A stretch of DNA of 63,830 nt, the filler included, from Thraustochytrium aureum (lineage: Eukaryota): assembly GCA_012862495.1 (NCBI GenBank). It is 5 parts of 3 records of this genome, joined end to end, with 100 filler letters (N's around TTAATTAATTAA, not from the genome) between each part and the next. Parts side by side here need not be neighbours in the genome. Positions count along the whole stretch, not along the records: positions 9,520 to 35,917 come from BLSG01000034.1; 4 more parts are not named here. One strand, 5' to 3'. This document shows, piece after piece, positions 19,898-31,145 of the stretch. A model generated the notes under the pieces. It saw nothing but the letters and a program-made list of their open reading frames with translations. It searched no databases and was not told the DNA's origin. The position numbers were made by a program, and so were the translations under genes. Within the stretch, counting starts at the first letter, position 1, and every line of letters starts with the position of its first letter.

Positions 19898-20845
19898 ATG
19901 CGCGTCGCAGGCGCAATCCTTGGCCTTTTCGCCATCTACGCGACGCAAACCCTCGCAGTCGACACCTCATCCGATGTAGTTCTTGCTCAACATGAGATAC
20001 CTGGCAGCGTCATTGGGTCTCGAGCGGCTGGCGACGCGAACACAGAGTTCGCACGAAATCTCAAATCACGCCGGCGGCGCAAGCGCCGCGCCAACCGGCC
20101 AACCCCACCGGTTCAAGGCCGTCCTGAACTACCAACCAACGTTTGCCACGGCATCCTTGACACATGGTGGGAGGATCGACATGCTGAAAAGTTTCGCAAA
20201 GCAATTGTGGAGATGGACCAGTACTGTGCAGTGTACGACAACGATCCTGGTGCCTGTGGCTCGAGGGACAGCCGTGACAAATACGCAAACCAGCCCAAAG
20301 AGGTCCTCGACGCCTTCTGTGTTCTTGTTGGTAGCAAGTCCGGAAAGTGCATCGCGAACTCTTGCAACCAGCTGAACACCGGCGACTGTACGCTCCAAGC
20401 AACCGCGGGGACGTGTGTCTGGTTCAACGAAGAGCACATTCCGAATGTGAACGCGCACTTTCGGTCAAAGGGATCCAAGCAGCGCGTCGCTGGCCAGGGT
20501 TGTTATCGAAATCCTTGCCACCAACCTGGGACTGGGCGCATGAGCAACAAGCATTGCGAAGACCTATCGATTCCAAATGTTCTTCAGTGCACCTATTGCA
20601 CGAGCAAGAATGATCCCCGCCTAGTTGGCAAAGCAATGGGCTGCCAGGTTGCACAGGTCACCTCGACAGCGGGTTGCGCACCCGTGAACAGCAAAGACTA
20701 CCCGAGGGAGACAATCTACTCCTCATCAACGAACTCGGATTGCCAGTGCTCTGTCCTTTTCCCACTGTGCTGGCAAATAGTCAACAGTGGGATTGAAGGC
20801 AACAAGCCCCTCATGCGACCACGGTTCCCCCAGAAGCGACCCTGA
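19898..20845 (+). CDS. Secreted cysteine-rich protein
   Basis: Signal peptide, polybasic RRRRKRR site, then a roughly 230-aa domain with many Cys. Confidence 0.75.
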   Translation: MRVAGAILGLFAIYATQTLAVDTSSDVVLAQHEIPGSVIGSRAAGDANTEFARNLKSRRRRKRRANRPTPPVQGRPELPTNVCHGILDTWWEDRHAEKFRKAIVEMDQYCAVYDNDPGACGSRDSRDKYANQPKEVLDAFCVLVGSKSGKCIANSCNQLNTGDCTLQATAGTCVWFNEEHIPNVNAHFRSKGSKQRVAGQGCYRNPCHQPGTGRMSNKHCEDLSIPNVLQCTYCTSKNDPRLVGKAMGCQVAQVTSTAGCAPVNSKDYPRETIYSSSTNSDCQCSVLFPLCWQIVNSGIEGNKPLMRPRFPQKRP

Positions 20846-21486
20846 GTAGAGGCTCCATCAAGATGTTTGGGGCGCTGGCTCCTGGGCTCCTGGGTGTGCG
20901 AATCACGTTTGTCATGCAGTGCTGGTCCAGACTCCAGAGACGAGAATAGGAACGATGTTGAGGGCTTGCGATTCCTCATGATAGGGTACCGACTGGAAAA
21001 TGGCACCTTTTCTTGCCCCTACCCGTTGAAGCTGCTTGCCTTATATATGTGGCCAAGGACTGCCGCGGCGCGGCGTTTCGCAGAGCTGGATCGAGCACTA
21101 GTTTGGTCCGGCGAATCCCGTGCTTCCTTTTGCGCGTTGGGGCTGCGATAACCCTCTGGCCGACCGACCAGTGCTGGTCCGGACGTGGGCTTCGACGTTG
21201 CCCGCATCTGTGAAAGGAGAGGCGTGACTGGAGGGGATTGGAGGCCGCTCAAAGATATGGCTACGCTCTTGATCAATGTGTGTTGCCGGAGTGAGTAGGG
21301 CGAAAACCAATCCCTTCAGCCCGTCGCTGTTTTTGTTCGTTCGTTTGGAGGAAGGAATCACAGTCGCCATCCTCGCCTGACCGATGCATACACTTCAAGG
21401 AAACTCGCTCTAGCTAGAGAGAGCCAGTCCGGGCTGGATTGTGCTGTTTGTTTAGTGTGCTGCCGTTGTGCACGTTCGATTGTTGT

Positions 21487-22447
21487 TTACTTCCTTCTAA
21501 AGTTCGACTCGCCACTGTTCGTCGCCCGACGTTGACGAATGCGCAAAAGAGCCCGATCCCTAGCGTCCGCAATATCCTGAAGAGCCAGGCGAGAAGGCGG
21601 AGCCACAGCATGCCGTTTTGCAATCGACGGCGCCTGCGTTTTGGGCTCGCGCTGCAGTTGCAGGGCCACCATCGGCAGTGCGCCGGACCTGGGGTGCTGC
21701 TCATTGTCTTCCTTGCCAATTAAGTTTTTCCCTGTCACGTTGGAACCGAGCTCATGCCGGGACCCATGCAAGGGGGAGTTGGGAAGCTCCCAGGTGCTCT
21801 CTTTCATCAAGTGGGGTCTGCTCGGCATCGGGACCCACGACATCGCTTTTGAGGCCCAAAAAGCCCCGGTAGAATCCGCCGATACCTTGACTGTTGCGGA
21901 TATCAGCGCTCTGGTCTCGTGCATCCTGTCGGCGCTCCGCGGCTTCCCAATCTTGCCGCTCTTCCAGTTTGGCCTTGTAGCCAGAAGTGAGAAAGACTTC
22001 CTTGGGCGGGCCCAAGGCCGATTCCTCTGACTCGATTTCCTTTCGCAAAGTGCGTTCGCGCGCTCTTTCATGCAGCATCTCTCTTTGCTTTGCTGTCTCG
22101 AGCAACCTACCGATGTACCGCGATTCGGCTACTTGCGCGCTGGGTTGCTGGCCGCCGGGAGCCACCGCTGGCGACATATCATCCTTGCGTTTCTCGAGGT
22201 GCTCGTCGTAGTTGAGGATCTCAGCGTGGCCTTGCGCAGCGAGCTGCTGCGCAGCTGCTCTGGCGCGCTCCTCGTTCGCTTGGTTGGCAGCGCGAAGCTG
22301 TTCGTTCACTGCGCGCCTAGTGGAAGGCTCCGAGGATCCCCACACGTCTTCGTCGCTGGAGGCGTCTCGGCTGTCGCCAAACGCAGTGGGCTGGCCGAGC
22401 CGCCGCCGCTTGCCCGCCCTGAGCGTGGCCCCCACAGGGCGCTGCAT
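21487..22447 (-). CDS. NSRP1: NSRP1/CCDC55-like nuclear speckle splicing regulator (DUF2040); probably one intron near 21733-21838
   Basis: SRYIGRLLETAKQRE...ERTLRKE...KEVFLTSGYKAKLEE. The C-terminal ARDRALLR lies in another frame, after a candidate GT...ACAG intron. Confidence 0.7.
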
Positions 22448-22701
22448 CGCGCGGAGTTATCGGCCCTCGAACGTGCTCTGCACGACAGCGTCAAAATCGA
22501 GCAGTGCAGACTGCAGCGGCCAGCGAGGGGCAAGCGAGGGGCAAGCGAAGGGCAAGCGAAGGACAAGCGAAGGACACGCGAGCCTCGAGAGCAGGCCGAC
22601 AAGACAAGAAGCAGGCTTGCTAGAGCTAGCTCTATTTAGTAGAGAGAGCTCTGGAGAGACCTGGAGAGAGCAGGCAGACAAGCCAAGAGCAAGCAGGCGC
22701 G

Positions 22702-24579
22702 ATGAAGAGGCTGCAGCGAAAACTGGTTTGGGCAGCAAGTCTCGTCGCGCTTGCGGCGCTCGCGACCCGCGGAGAAAAGGACTGCGCGGCGAGTACCGAG
22801 GCCTGCACCGCGCCAGCGGAGAGCCCGGAAGAGCTGCTTGCAAGCTGGAAGCCGTGGGACGACGGCGACACCACCCTTGACCTGGGCGCAACCGTTGTCG
22901 CTTCGGACTCGGGCGAGGTGGACTGTGTCGACTCTCGAGCTGTCACCCTCGTCAGCCAGGAAGAGATTTCGCTTGCAGAAGGCCTTGCCCAGATCGGGGC
23001 GCGCGTCAGGCTGTGGAGCCGTGGTGATTCTGTCTTGGAACCCGCACAAGGGCCAGAGACGGTTTTCATCGCGCTCAATGGAATGAACACAGGTCTCATG
23101 CTTTCCATCGCCAGCGCCAGCGCCAAGCAACACTGCTTTGGAACACTTGCCCAGATCGCCACCGAGGCGCACATGCGGCTCCAGGGCGGCCCGTCGAGAG
23201 CCGTGTTTGAGGCGAAGCGCCTCTACAGCGCAACGGGGCGCCCAGTGCGTTCCTGGAGCGACGTGATCAAGTCGGACTTTGTTCTGCACGTCTTGCTTGA
23301 GCGGGAGGCGTGGGTGTGGCCGGGCGTCCGCGTGGGCTTTCAGTACTCTGTGGCTGGGCACAACCTTACCACTGTGGCGTTACAGCCCCGCGTTCTTCTT
23401 GCTGAAGGGATCCTCAGCGAGTCAGCAGCAGAAAGGATCATCAAGTTGGGATCGAAGTCCCTATTTCGCTCTCCGGAGAAACACTACGTGGACGACGACA
23501 AGTTTGCCAACTACCGAACGAGCGAGACAGGAAACTTGGACGACAACGAGCCAACGGCGAGGGCCTTACGGCGCCTCGCGTGGCAAATTCTCCGACTTGC
23601 AGACTTGGAGATGGTGGAGCCCTTGCAGCTGTTGCGCTATACCGCGGGCAAGTGGTACAAGGAGCATTATGACGTATTCCATGGAACGTCGCTCCTCGAC
23701 GTTGTGGCAGAGCAAACGCGAGTTCTTCGCCTGCCAAGGGGGTTTTGCGAGTGGGCCGAACAACAGCGCCATCTGCTGTGGCGACTTTCTTTGCAACGGG
23801 CAAATGGCAAGCATACCGAGGACTCGCTCACGCACAGCATCCTGGCCCGAGCCTCGCGCCTGTTTGCGCGCCAAGGCTCGCAGTGGTTTCCGCGCCCCGA
23901 AAACACTGATTTTCGCGCGGCACTAGCGAAAGCTGTCAAGGTGGCGCCTGGCGCGCTCAGCGCGCTCGATGTCGTCGATCTCCACATCTCCTGGCTGCGG
24001 AGCGCGTTGTGTGCAAGCGATGATGTCGAGCTCGACTTGAACGCGTGCGTGCTGCGCGCTGCAGAGATTCTCGACCTCGTTCAGGACGACTTCCCTGAGA
24101 TGCCCCCTCCGCACGAGCTATTGCGGAACAGGCACGTTACCATGCTCCCGTATCTGAACCAAGTCGCTGAAGGCGGCGAGACCGTTTTCCCTTATGCGAA
24201 TCCAAGCGCGAGCATGTTTGGGCCTGCGTCAGCCATTACCCGGGACGGGATGCCCGAGTGTTCGCGTGGAATATTTGTCCCCCCAGTCGCTCGAGGGGCT
24301 GCGATATTTTACCACACATCGCCAGATTCGCTATCGCTCGAGCGGACCTCGATGCACGGAGGTTGCCCGCCGGTTGGCGACTCGGTGAAGGTAAGTGAGC
24401 CATGTCGAGCCCGTTTTGATGGCCTTCGGGTGGATGATTGCGCGCTGACACTCCGTTTCCTGTGCCTTTCGCGCTAGTATGCAATCAACGTCTTTTGCTG
24501 GAACTTGAACTGGAAGACTGGTCTCGATCACACAAGCAACAGACTGCATGAACAGGCTCGTTCTGGGGGGGACCTGTAA
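22702..24579 (+). CDS. Prolyl 4-hydroxylase-like 2OG-Fe(II) oxygenase; intron 24391-24477
   Basis: RTSE, EPLQLLRY, HYD, NRHVTMLPYLN..EGGETVFP, HGGCPP..K|YAIN. Intron has a GTAAGT donor, GCTGAC branch point and TAG acceptor. Confidence 0.85.
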
Positions 24580-24738
24580 AAAGTAAGCAACGAGGAAATC
24601 GAACGGAAGAAGAGTATTGGGGCTCTGATTAAATCAACGCTGCGCTGCTTGAACTTTTCGCTTTCCAAGCGAGGCAGTTCTATCCATACAAATTAAACTC
24701 ATTCTTGTGATGGACGGCACGAAGTAACAGCCTTTTCA

Positions 24739-24970
24739 TCCAATCAATCAATCAATCAATCAATCAACCAATCAACCGCCCCTGTTNNNNNNNNNNNNNN
24801 NNNNNNNNNNNNNNNNNNNNNNNNNNNNNNNNNNNNNNNNNNNNNNNNNNNNNNNNNNNNNNNNNNNNNNNNNNNNNNNNNNNNNNNNNNNNNNNNNNNN
24901 NNNNNNNNNNNNNNNNNNNNNNNNNNNNNNNNNNNNNNNNNNNNNNNNNNNNNTCAACCAATCAATCAAT
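24739..24970. repeat. (CAAT)n microsatellite flanking an N gap
   Basis: CAATCAAT... arrays on both sides of the gap. Confidence 0.8.
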
Positions 24971-25505
24971 CGATCTCGAGCCACACCACGCTCGTCAAGA
25001 ATTTAGAAGGTCGTTGCAGTGTCGCGAGAAAAGTCAAGCTCGCGGCGCCACGGCCAACAATAAAGACGATTTGCAGTCGACACGGCGCACAATCGCCGCG
25101 AGCCCGCAGCAACGATTTTAAAACGGCGTTCGCCGCTGTCCAGTGCAAGGCTTGCCACCCGGCCCCAGCACTCGAGTCGTTCCGAATCCACCCGGATCCC
25201 GCACCCAAAGTAGTCTCCTGCGGCAAGCTGACGAAAGCCGATGCCTTTTGGAGTGTTGGAGACTTGCCCAAAGCTGTCTTCGCCCCAACCGACAACTGCA
25301 TCGCCGCTCTTCGATAGCGCGAGTGTGAATCGGCACCCCCAGCTCCCACCAGAGCCACAAGGTCTGCCCCGCGCGCTCCACTCGACGAATGGCGCAGCTG
25401 CCTAACGCTGTCGGAGCCCCAGCATCTCAGCCCGCCAAGTTGGGCATCCCCGTCTTGGTCCTCGAGCCGGTGCCTCGAGGTCGTGCAGCGAGCACACAAC
25501 AGTGG

Positions 25506-26060
25506 TCACGACCGCACGCCACCTGGCGCACGGAACGAGCGGTGGAGCAAAAGCTGCTTCTCTACGGGCTGGTGGGGTTCCAGAGCCCAGCAGATGAGCG
25601 TTTGGTCCGTTGCGCGAATCCCGCACGCTACGTTAGCTGCCATTGCGAGCGCCAGCAAGGGTTCGCGTGGCGACTCCGTGAGCTGCTTGTACGACGCCGC
25701 ATCCCAGCAAACCGCTCCTGTGCGGTCCAGCGCGCAGCAGACGCGTTCGCTGCATTGAATCTGTACAAATGTCCTCGAAGCGAAGACCCTAGTTACTGCA
25801 CCGCTTGCTACGTCCAAGCAAGCGACCGCGCCCCCGTCAAACGGAAGACCTCTGCCTTCAATTACTGTCTCGTTCACCCAGCAGGCGCCGTGAGCGCTCA
25901 CGGCCAAGGCAAACCCAATCCCGCGGCTGTCATTCGTTGCGACCGGCGTGCGTGCAGTTGCAGCAGCAGCAGAGGCAGTTGCTTGTACAGTGCTCAGGAC
26001 GGCGACGGCGAGCAAAGCTGCGCGACGCCCGAAGCGACCAACTGCGACAGGATCAACCAT
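25506..26060 (-). CDS. Hypothetical secreted protein with RCC1/BLIP-II-like repeats
   Basis: Signal-like N-terminus and repeats of ...AC.....g...CW (VCCALDRTGAVCW; VACGIRATDQTLICW). The gene may extend further. Confidence 0.4.
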   Translation of the reverse strand: MVDPVAVGRFGRRAALLAVAVLSTVQATASAAAATARTPVATNDSRGIGFALAVSAHGACWVNETVIEGRGLPFDGGAVACLDVASGAVTRVFASRTFVQIQCSERVCCALDRTGAVCWDAASYKQLTESPREPLLALAMAANVACGIRATDQTLICWALEPHQPVEKQLLLHRSFRAPGGVRS

Positions 26061-26750
26061 CTAGTCGGTGGCTCGTGCACGGCCACGCGCACTTTTGTTT
26101 GGTGCTGGCCACTCCGTGTCTGCTTCTTGCGCTGCCGCGGCAACCGCGGTCGCTTGCTTGTTCAACGACGTCTCCCTTTGCTCGGCTCAGAGTCGGTTCG
26201 AGGGACGGCCACTGGGTCATCTTGGCCGCACTGCGCAGGTAGACGGGACTATGGTTGCTGAGCTGCCGTTGGACGTGTCGCACCGAGTTCGCCCGAAACT
26301 CGGCTGTTTCTGTCTGTCCGTAACGGCCATAATGTACCCTGCTCCTGAGTTCGGCCTGTAGCTCTCTCTACTAGTAGCTAGCTAGCTACTAGCTAGCTAG
26401 TAAGTAGAGTGATCTCTGCCCCCCCACCGACAGAGCGAGCGAGCGCACTCGTGCAGTCGCTCAGCGGGGTTTCGTGAAGCCTTTAAAAAAAAACCCACAA
26501 AACCAGCGAGCGTGCGCGTGCACGCAGCCAATGTGGTGCTTGACGTTCAGAGATCTCTAATCCTTGCGCGATTTGAGGCTGCTGCTGTAGGCCATCAATC
26601 AAATCTTCAATCAAATCAACGAGTAGGCCTCGGCAACTCCGCTGTGATGTCACGTCAGTAGCAGAAGTGAATAATTCGGTTCGATTGATTTCCATTCCGG
26701 CGTCAAGCCATGCTCTGCAATAAAGACCGCCTCGCCCAATTCACTGTCGC

Positions 26751-28001
26751 CTAGTCCGAGTCGTCGGTGCCAGGCGTGTACGAGGCCTCCGAGGAAGCGA
26801 CGGAGGGCGTGGGCGACTTGTTGGTGTCGAGCCTCTCAGCCAAGCCAGCAGCACTCGAGTGGACGCAGGGCTCGCCGCCTCGCTGCGGGCAGTCAACGAT
26901 GCCCGAAGAATCCTTGCAGCAGCAGCTGCACGGAAGGACAGAGTCGTAGACGGCCATGCGACAAGCGTACTCGTCACGAAAGCTGGTGGTCGATTGGGAT
27001 TCACGGCGAAAAGCAGAGCCCTCCTCTCCAAGACGGTGTGAGTGGAGCTTGGTAGGGCACTGGCGAATCTTGACGAGCGCCGTCTCGTCTGCGAAAAGAG
27101 TCACCACGAAGCGCTTCGGGCGGAAGACGCTAAGCACTTTCTGCAGGAGGCTCGTGTAGTCGGCAGTTTCCAGGTTGGTCTCGAACGAGGCGTACGAGAA
27201 AGCTTCCTCGGGCGTGACGTGCACTGTGTAAAACGTGGACCCGCGGAGTCCGTTCATCGAGTAACCGCACGGCTCAAACATCCAGTCGTCGATCACGGTG
27301 TCCGGCTCGCAAAGCTTCCGAATACCGGTTTGGTCGGTGACTCGAAGCGCGTCCTCCCTGATGGACAGATCGTTCCGGCGGTAAAACTGCTTGCATACGT
27401 CTGGGTCAAGACCGTACATCATGACGTTGAGGTTTCGCTCCTCGTTGTCCACGGCCTGGCCGCCGAAATCGGCGCAAAAGACGTACCAGTGATCGCCAGT
27501 TAGGTCCCCGAGCACGTAGGCTCCGCCCTTGAGCGGCTCCCCGTGCGGGCCAGAGCACTGCCTGGCATACTTGATCTCGTCCGCAAACGAACCGTGCGGG
27601 AACTCTTGCACTTCCGGGAAGAGGTAGTTCTTGCGCGAATAGCAAAGCCACTCGAGCTGCTCGCCCACGGCGCGGGCGCACTCGAGGAGCAGGGGCAGGC
27701 AGCGAAGCAGCGTTGTAGTCCCGCAAGTCTTGATGAAGACCTTTTGGTCGTACACAAAAAGGCTGCTCTCACTCAGCACATACGCGTCGAACGACTCGTT
27801 CGAAGTCTTGCTCAAGATCTGGCACCGCGCCAAGTCGAGGATGCGGTCCCAGTTCTCGCGCGAGACCGCTCGCATGGAGCCGCCGGTGTGCTGCGGGCAA
27901 AAATCGACCTCGAGGATTTTTTCCGGCCCTTCAAAGCCAGCTGCCACGCCGTCGCTCGGGGCGGCGAGAAGGCCTTGGAGGCCAGCACCATGGGAGCCCA
28001 T
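26751..28001 (-). CDS. AMD1: S-adenosylmethionine decarboxylase proenzyme (eukaryotic type)
   Basis: FEGPEKILE, the YVLSESSLFV cleavage site, KTCGTT, FEPCGYSMN and HVTPE..FSYASFETN. Confidence 0.96.
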   Translation of the reverse strand: MGSHGAGLQGLLAAPSDGVAAGFEGPEKILEVDFCPQHTGGSMRAVSRENWDRILDLARCQILSKTSNESFDAYVLSESSLFVYDQKVFIKTCGTTTLLRCLPLLLECARAVGEQLEWLCYSRKNYLFPEVQEFPHGSFADEIKYARQCSGPHGEPLKGGAYVLGDLTGDHWYVFCADFGGQAVDNEERNLNVMMYGLDPDVCKQFYRRNDLSIREDALRVTDQTGIRKLCEPDTVIDDWMFEPCGYSMNGLRGSTFYTVHVTPEEAFSYASFETNLETADYTSLLQKVLSVFRPKRFVVTLFADETALVKIRQCPTKLHSHRLGEEGSAFRRESQSTTSFRDEYACRMAVYDSVLPCSCCCKDSSGIVDCPQRGGEPCVHSSAAGLAERLDTNKSPTPSVASSEASYTPGTDDSD

Positions 28002-28056
28002 TTGCACAACCGTGCTCGTCTCCGAAAGTTCAGATTTGGTACTCTCAGAGGGCTAC

Positions 28057-28135
28057 GTGCTGTGGTGCGTGCTGTGGTGCGTGCTGTGGTGCGTGCTGTG
28101 GTGCGTGCGTGCGTGCGGGATGGGGATGGGGATGG
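28057..28135. repeat. Tandem 12-mer (GTGCTGTGGTGC)x4 plus (GGGATG)n in the AdoMetDC leader
   Basis: Directly visible tandem repeats. Confidence 0.85.
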
Positions 28136-28173
28136 GAAAATGCCGGTAACGGCGTGACCTGCTGCAAACGGCA

Positions 28174-28362
28174 CTAGGGCGACTCGTAGGGATGCTCAGC
28201 CGGCTCGCACGGGACCCAAAAGAGAGTCGTGTCGACGATGTCCGGCGGGCTGTCCTGCAGCCACGTCGTCTCGTACACAATGGCCGCCTTGTCTTGCAGG
28301 AGGGCGAGGTCGACAGGGATCCTGCGCTGCGCGTCGACATGAACACGACGGGAGGGTTGGCG
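28174..28362 (-). promoter_or_regulatory. Candidate AUG-less upstream ORF of AdoMetDC (62 codons)
   Basis: Stop-to-stop frame RQPSRRVHVDAQRRIPVDLALLQDKAAIVYETTWLQDSPPDIVDTTLFWVPCEPAEHPYESP-stop, with strong GC3 bias. It is overlapped by an AUG uORF at 28053-28340. Confidence 0.55.
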
Positions 28363-29258
28363 CTAGCTGCGTACGGTCTTGCCAAACGCAAGACAGTAGG
28401 CTGCAAAGCGAACCGGGGGGAATTCAATCCCTTTGGATCGTCGACCGCTCTACGCGACCGCAGCGCTGGCCACGCCCCCGATCTCTGCAGATGCGCTCGC
28501 GCCGCCGCGCGGCTCGTGGTCACTCACTCACTGGTCACGAGCCCCTTCTCGATCAACCGAAGCGTTGGGTTGGGCTCCTGCTCGCTCTCGCGGCCGCACC
28601 TGGCTCTGTGATGCGCGCGGATGCTCCTGGGTGCTCTGCGACGCTCTGCGACGCTTTGCTAGCTCCCGCTAGCTCGCGCTGGCGGGCCTGCGCTCCTCGG
28701 GGCGGTCTGCGCAGCCGGGCAAAGGGCTCTAGTCAGAGGCTGTTCGATTCGCGGCTTTCTCGTGCGGCTCTGCGCGAGTGGTGGAGAAGGAGGAGGTACC
28801 TGCTCCACCTGCTCTCTCATACCTTCGAGTTGCTCCTGAGCAGAGTACTCACTGCTACTCATCGTCACCGGAAGCGACGCCCCCACCCCTCTCTCCTCCG
28901 GCCAGAGGCTCACGAGTCGGCGCGCTGTGTGGAAGACACCGACCGGGAAGGAAGGATCCGACCGCGCCCTCCGAGTCCAGCCCTCCAACTTGAAAATTTG
29001 GAGGCTGCGTCCGATGCCCCTGCCAGCCTTTCAGCCTGGGCCAGTGGAGAGCGCTGCCCTCCGAGTCGCGGCTCCCTCCGTTCGAAGTCTGAATTCTGCT
29101 CTTGAGCGATGCGTCAGGTCCCGCTCACAAAACGCAGAGTCAGCTCCGTCACGGTTGGCGCGGGATGGAATTTCATGGAAAACAAGGCCAAGGGGAGCAC
29201 GGCCTTCGAGGACCACACATTTCCTCTGCACATACAAGATACTTCGAGGACGTTGGGT

Positions 29259-30731
29259 CTAGGGCACAGAGAGGAGCGAGGTGATGTGGCGGATTGCCAT
29301 CGCGTTGCACAGGCGCTGACGGCGCGCCTGCTGGATGGTGCTCTCGACGCGCTGCTGGAGGCTGGCCTGCGCGTTGGCGAAACGAGCCGGCCGCCCTGGC
29401 GCGGACGAGACCGCCCATTGGAAAAAACGCAAGGCATGGTGGACGTAGTACGCTGCGTGACACGGTTCTGCCGCAGTCACTTTCAGCACAGAACCGTTCC
29501 CGCCAAACACGACTTCGCACTCCTCAACACCAGGGTCAGAGAAAAGCACTGTGCGGTCCGCGAAGAGGGCGTGCACTTGGCGGTTCGACAGTAGAGTAAA
29601 CCGCCCAATCCCGGCCACGTGCTGTTCCTCGGCTACGCAGAGCGGGCGCCACAGTTTGCCGCTGATGCAACCAATTCCGTCCGCAAGCAGCTCGGGGCGA
29701 CTGCGCGAACGGCTTTCTTTGCTGCGCTCCAGCGCTGCGCACTGAGAAGGTTGCTCCCAGAGCAGCCGCCGCGCATGGTTTGCAACAGGCTCCAGCTCGT
29801 ACAATGCAGAAGGCAGGGCAGCGTCGCCCAATCCACTCACACTGTCTGGCCGCTGAACGACACGAGGCACTCCATCGGGGGCGTAAAGGCGTGAGCCGAT
29901 CTTCGGACCAGAATGCTCAAAGAACCCAGAACTCAAAAGCAACAGCTTGGAGGAGTCGGCAGCAATGCTGATCTCGATGCGGCCGTTCTTTCGCCGAAAT
30001 GTTGCCTCAGGGGTCCATTCGTAATCGATGGGGTCGCGCCCTGGAACCCCATACGCCCCAAAGGCACAGAAAACGAGGAGGACGTCTTCCACATCTTTTC
30101 GGGCCTCCCACGCCGGCTCGCAAACCGGCGTGCGCGGGAGCGAGCTGCTCGTGTACGCAAGTTGCCCCCCGGTGCCCTTGCCGAGAAGAACTGCGAGCGG
30201 CGCACTGTAGAGCTCTGGCGGCTCGTCAGAAAAGAAGACCTGCGCAAGAGTGACGTATCGGTGATCTTTCTCGTGTGGAGACAGTGCGCAAAGCGTGTCC
30301 ACACGAAAGGTCGACTTATCCGACGATAGCGTTACCACCGCCGCGCCTTCAATTGAGTGCAAGCTGAGCCGCCCGTCTTCGCCCTTCTCGACGCTGTTGG
30401 CGCAAGTTGGCCAGCGTACAGTGGTGATTCGACGGTCGAGCTCGATGTCGGCAGAAAACAACTCTGGAACCACATAGGGTGTCTCGCAGACCGTGTTTCG
30501 GAAGCGCACAAGTTCAGCCACCGCGCGGCCGATCTTGCCTCGTCGCGCATATCGTGTCAGCTCGCGGTGCACCAGCCCGTCGCCCAGCGAATACGAAACG
30601 CAGTCGCCAGCCGGCTCAAGCACGACCGCGAGCGTGCGGTCGCGGCGAAGGCCAGCAACTCTGCCGCTCTGGAGAACGACGAGGCGAGTCCAGTCCACCG
30701 AGGTGCTCGGTTTCCGGGCTCCATCCCACAT
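29259..30731 (-). CDS. C5orf34-like protein (DUF4524/DUF4520)
   Basis: N-terminal RELTRYA...LVRFRN...PY and C-terminal GIGRFTLLSNRQVHALFADRTVL. Confidence 0.6.
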   Translation of the reverse strand: MWDGARKPSTSVDWTRLVVLQSGRVAGLRRDRTLAVVLEPAGDCVSYSLGDGLVHRELTRYARRGKIGRAVAELVRFRNTVCETPYVVPELFSADIELDRRITTVRWPTCANSVEKGEDGRLSLHSIEGAAVVTLSSDKSTFRVDTLCALSPHEKDHRYVTLAQVFFSDEPPELYSAPLAVLLGKGTGGQLAYTSSSLPRTPVCEPAWEARKDVEDVLLVFCAFGAYGVPGRDPIDYEWTPEATFRRKNGRIEISIAADSSKLLLLSSGFFEHSGPKIGSRLYAPDGVPRVVQRPDSVSGLGDAALPSALYELEPVANHARRLLWEQPSQCAALERSKESRSRSRPELLADGIGCISGKLWRPLCVAEEQHVAGIGRFTLLSNRQVHALFADRTVLFSDPGVEECEVVFGGNGSVLKVTAAEPCHAAYYVHHALRFFQWAVSSAPGRPARFANAQASLQQRVESTIQQARRQRLCNAMAIRHITSLLSVP

Positions 30732-31063
30732 GCTCCCGCGTTCGACGTTTCCAACCTGGTCCTTTCTGGGTTGGTTCGATCGCGGGCTACCCTGGAGCAG
30801 TCAATCGCACTGCTGTACGCCAGGGCAGCGCTGCCGCACTGCACCGTTTCGTTCCAAACCAACAAAATGGCACTTGGCAGCAGTCGAACGTCGCCGCGCG
30901 CATCACGCTGCTTGCTCCACGTCGAGAAATCAAAAACAAAACAAAAATGCTGCGGTGCCAGAGGTCAAGGTGGTGGCGGTTTTTTCCCTCCTCAGAGGGC
31001 GCCGAAACACTCATGATAGTATAATTCTGCGGTTTGTGTTCCAGTGTCCAGATGGGGATGTCT

Positions 31064-31145
31064 GGCCTGATGGCCGAGTGGTTAAGGCGAGAGATTAGAA
31101 ATCTCTTGGGCTCTGCCCGCGTCGGTTCGAGTCCGGCTCAGGTCG
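31064..31145 (+). tRNA. tRNA-Ser(AGA): tRNA-Ser, anticodon AGA
   Basis: Acceptor stem GGCCTGA/TCAGGTC, D-arm TGGCCGAGTGGTTAAGG, anticodon arm AGAGA-TTAGAAA-TCTCT, long variable arm, GGTTCGAGTCC and a downstream T-run. Confidence 0.96.

Noticed and set aside
28057..28105. Tandem repeat as a CRISPR-like array
   Set aside because: 12-bp head-to-tail units without spacers in a eukaryotic leader: a minisatellite.
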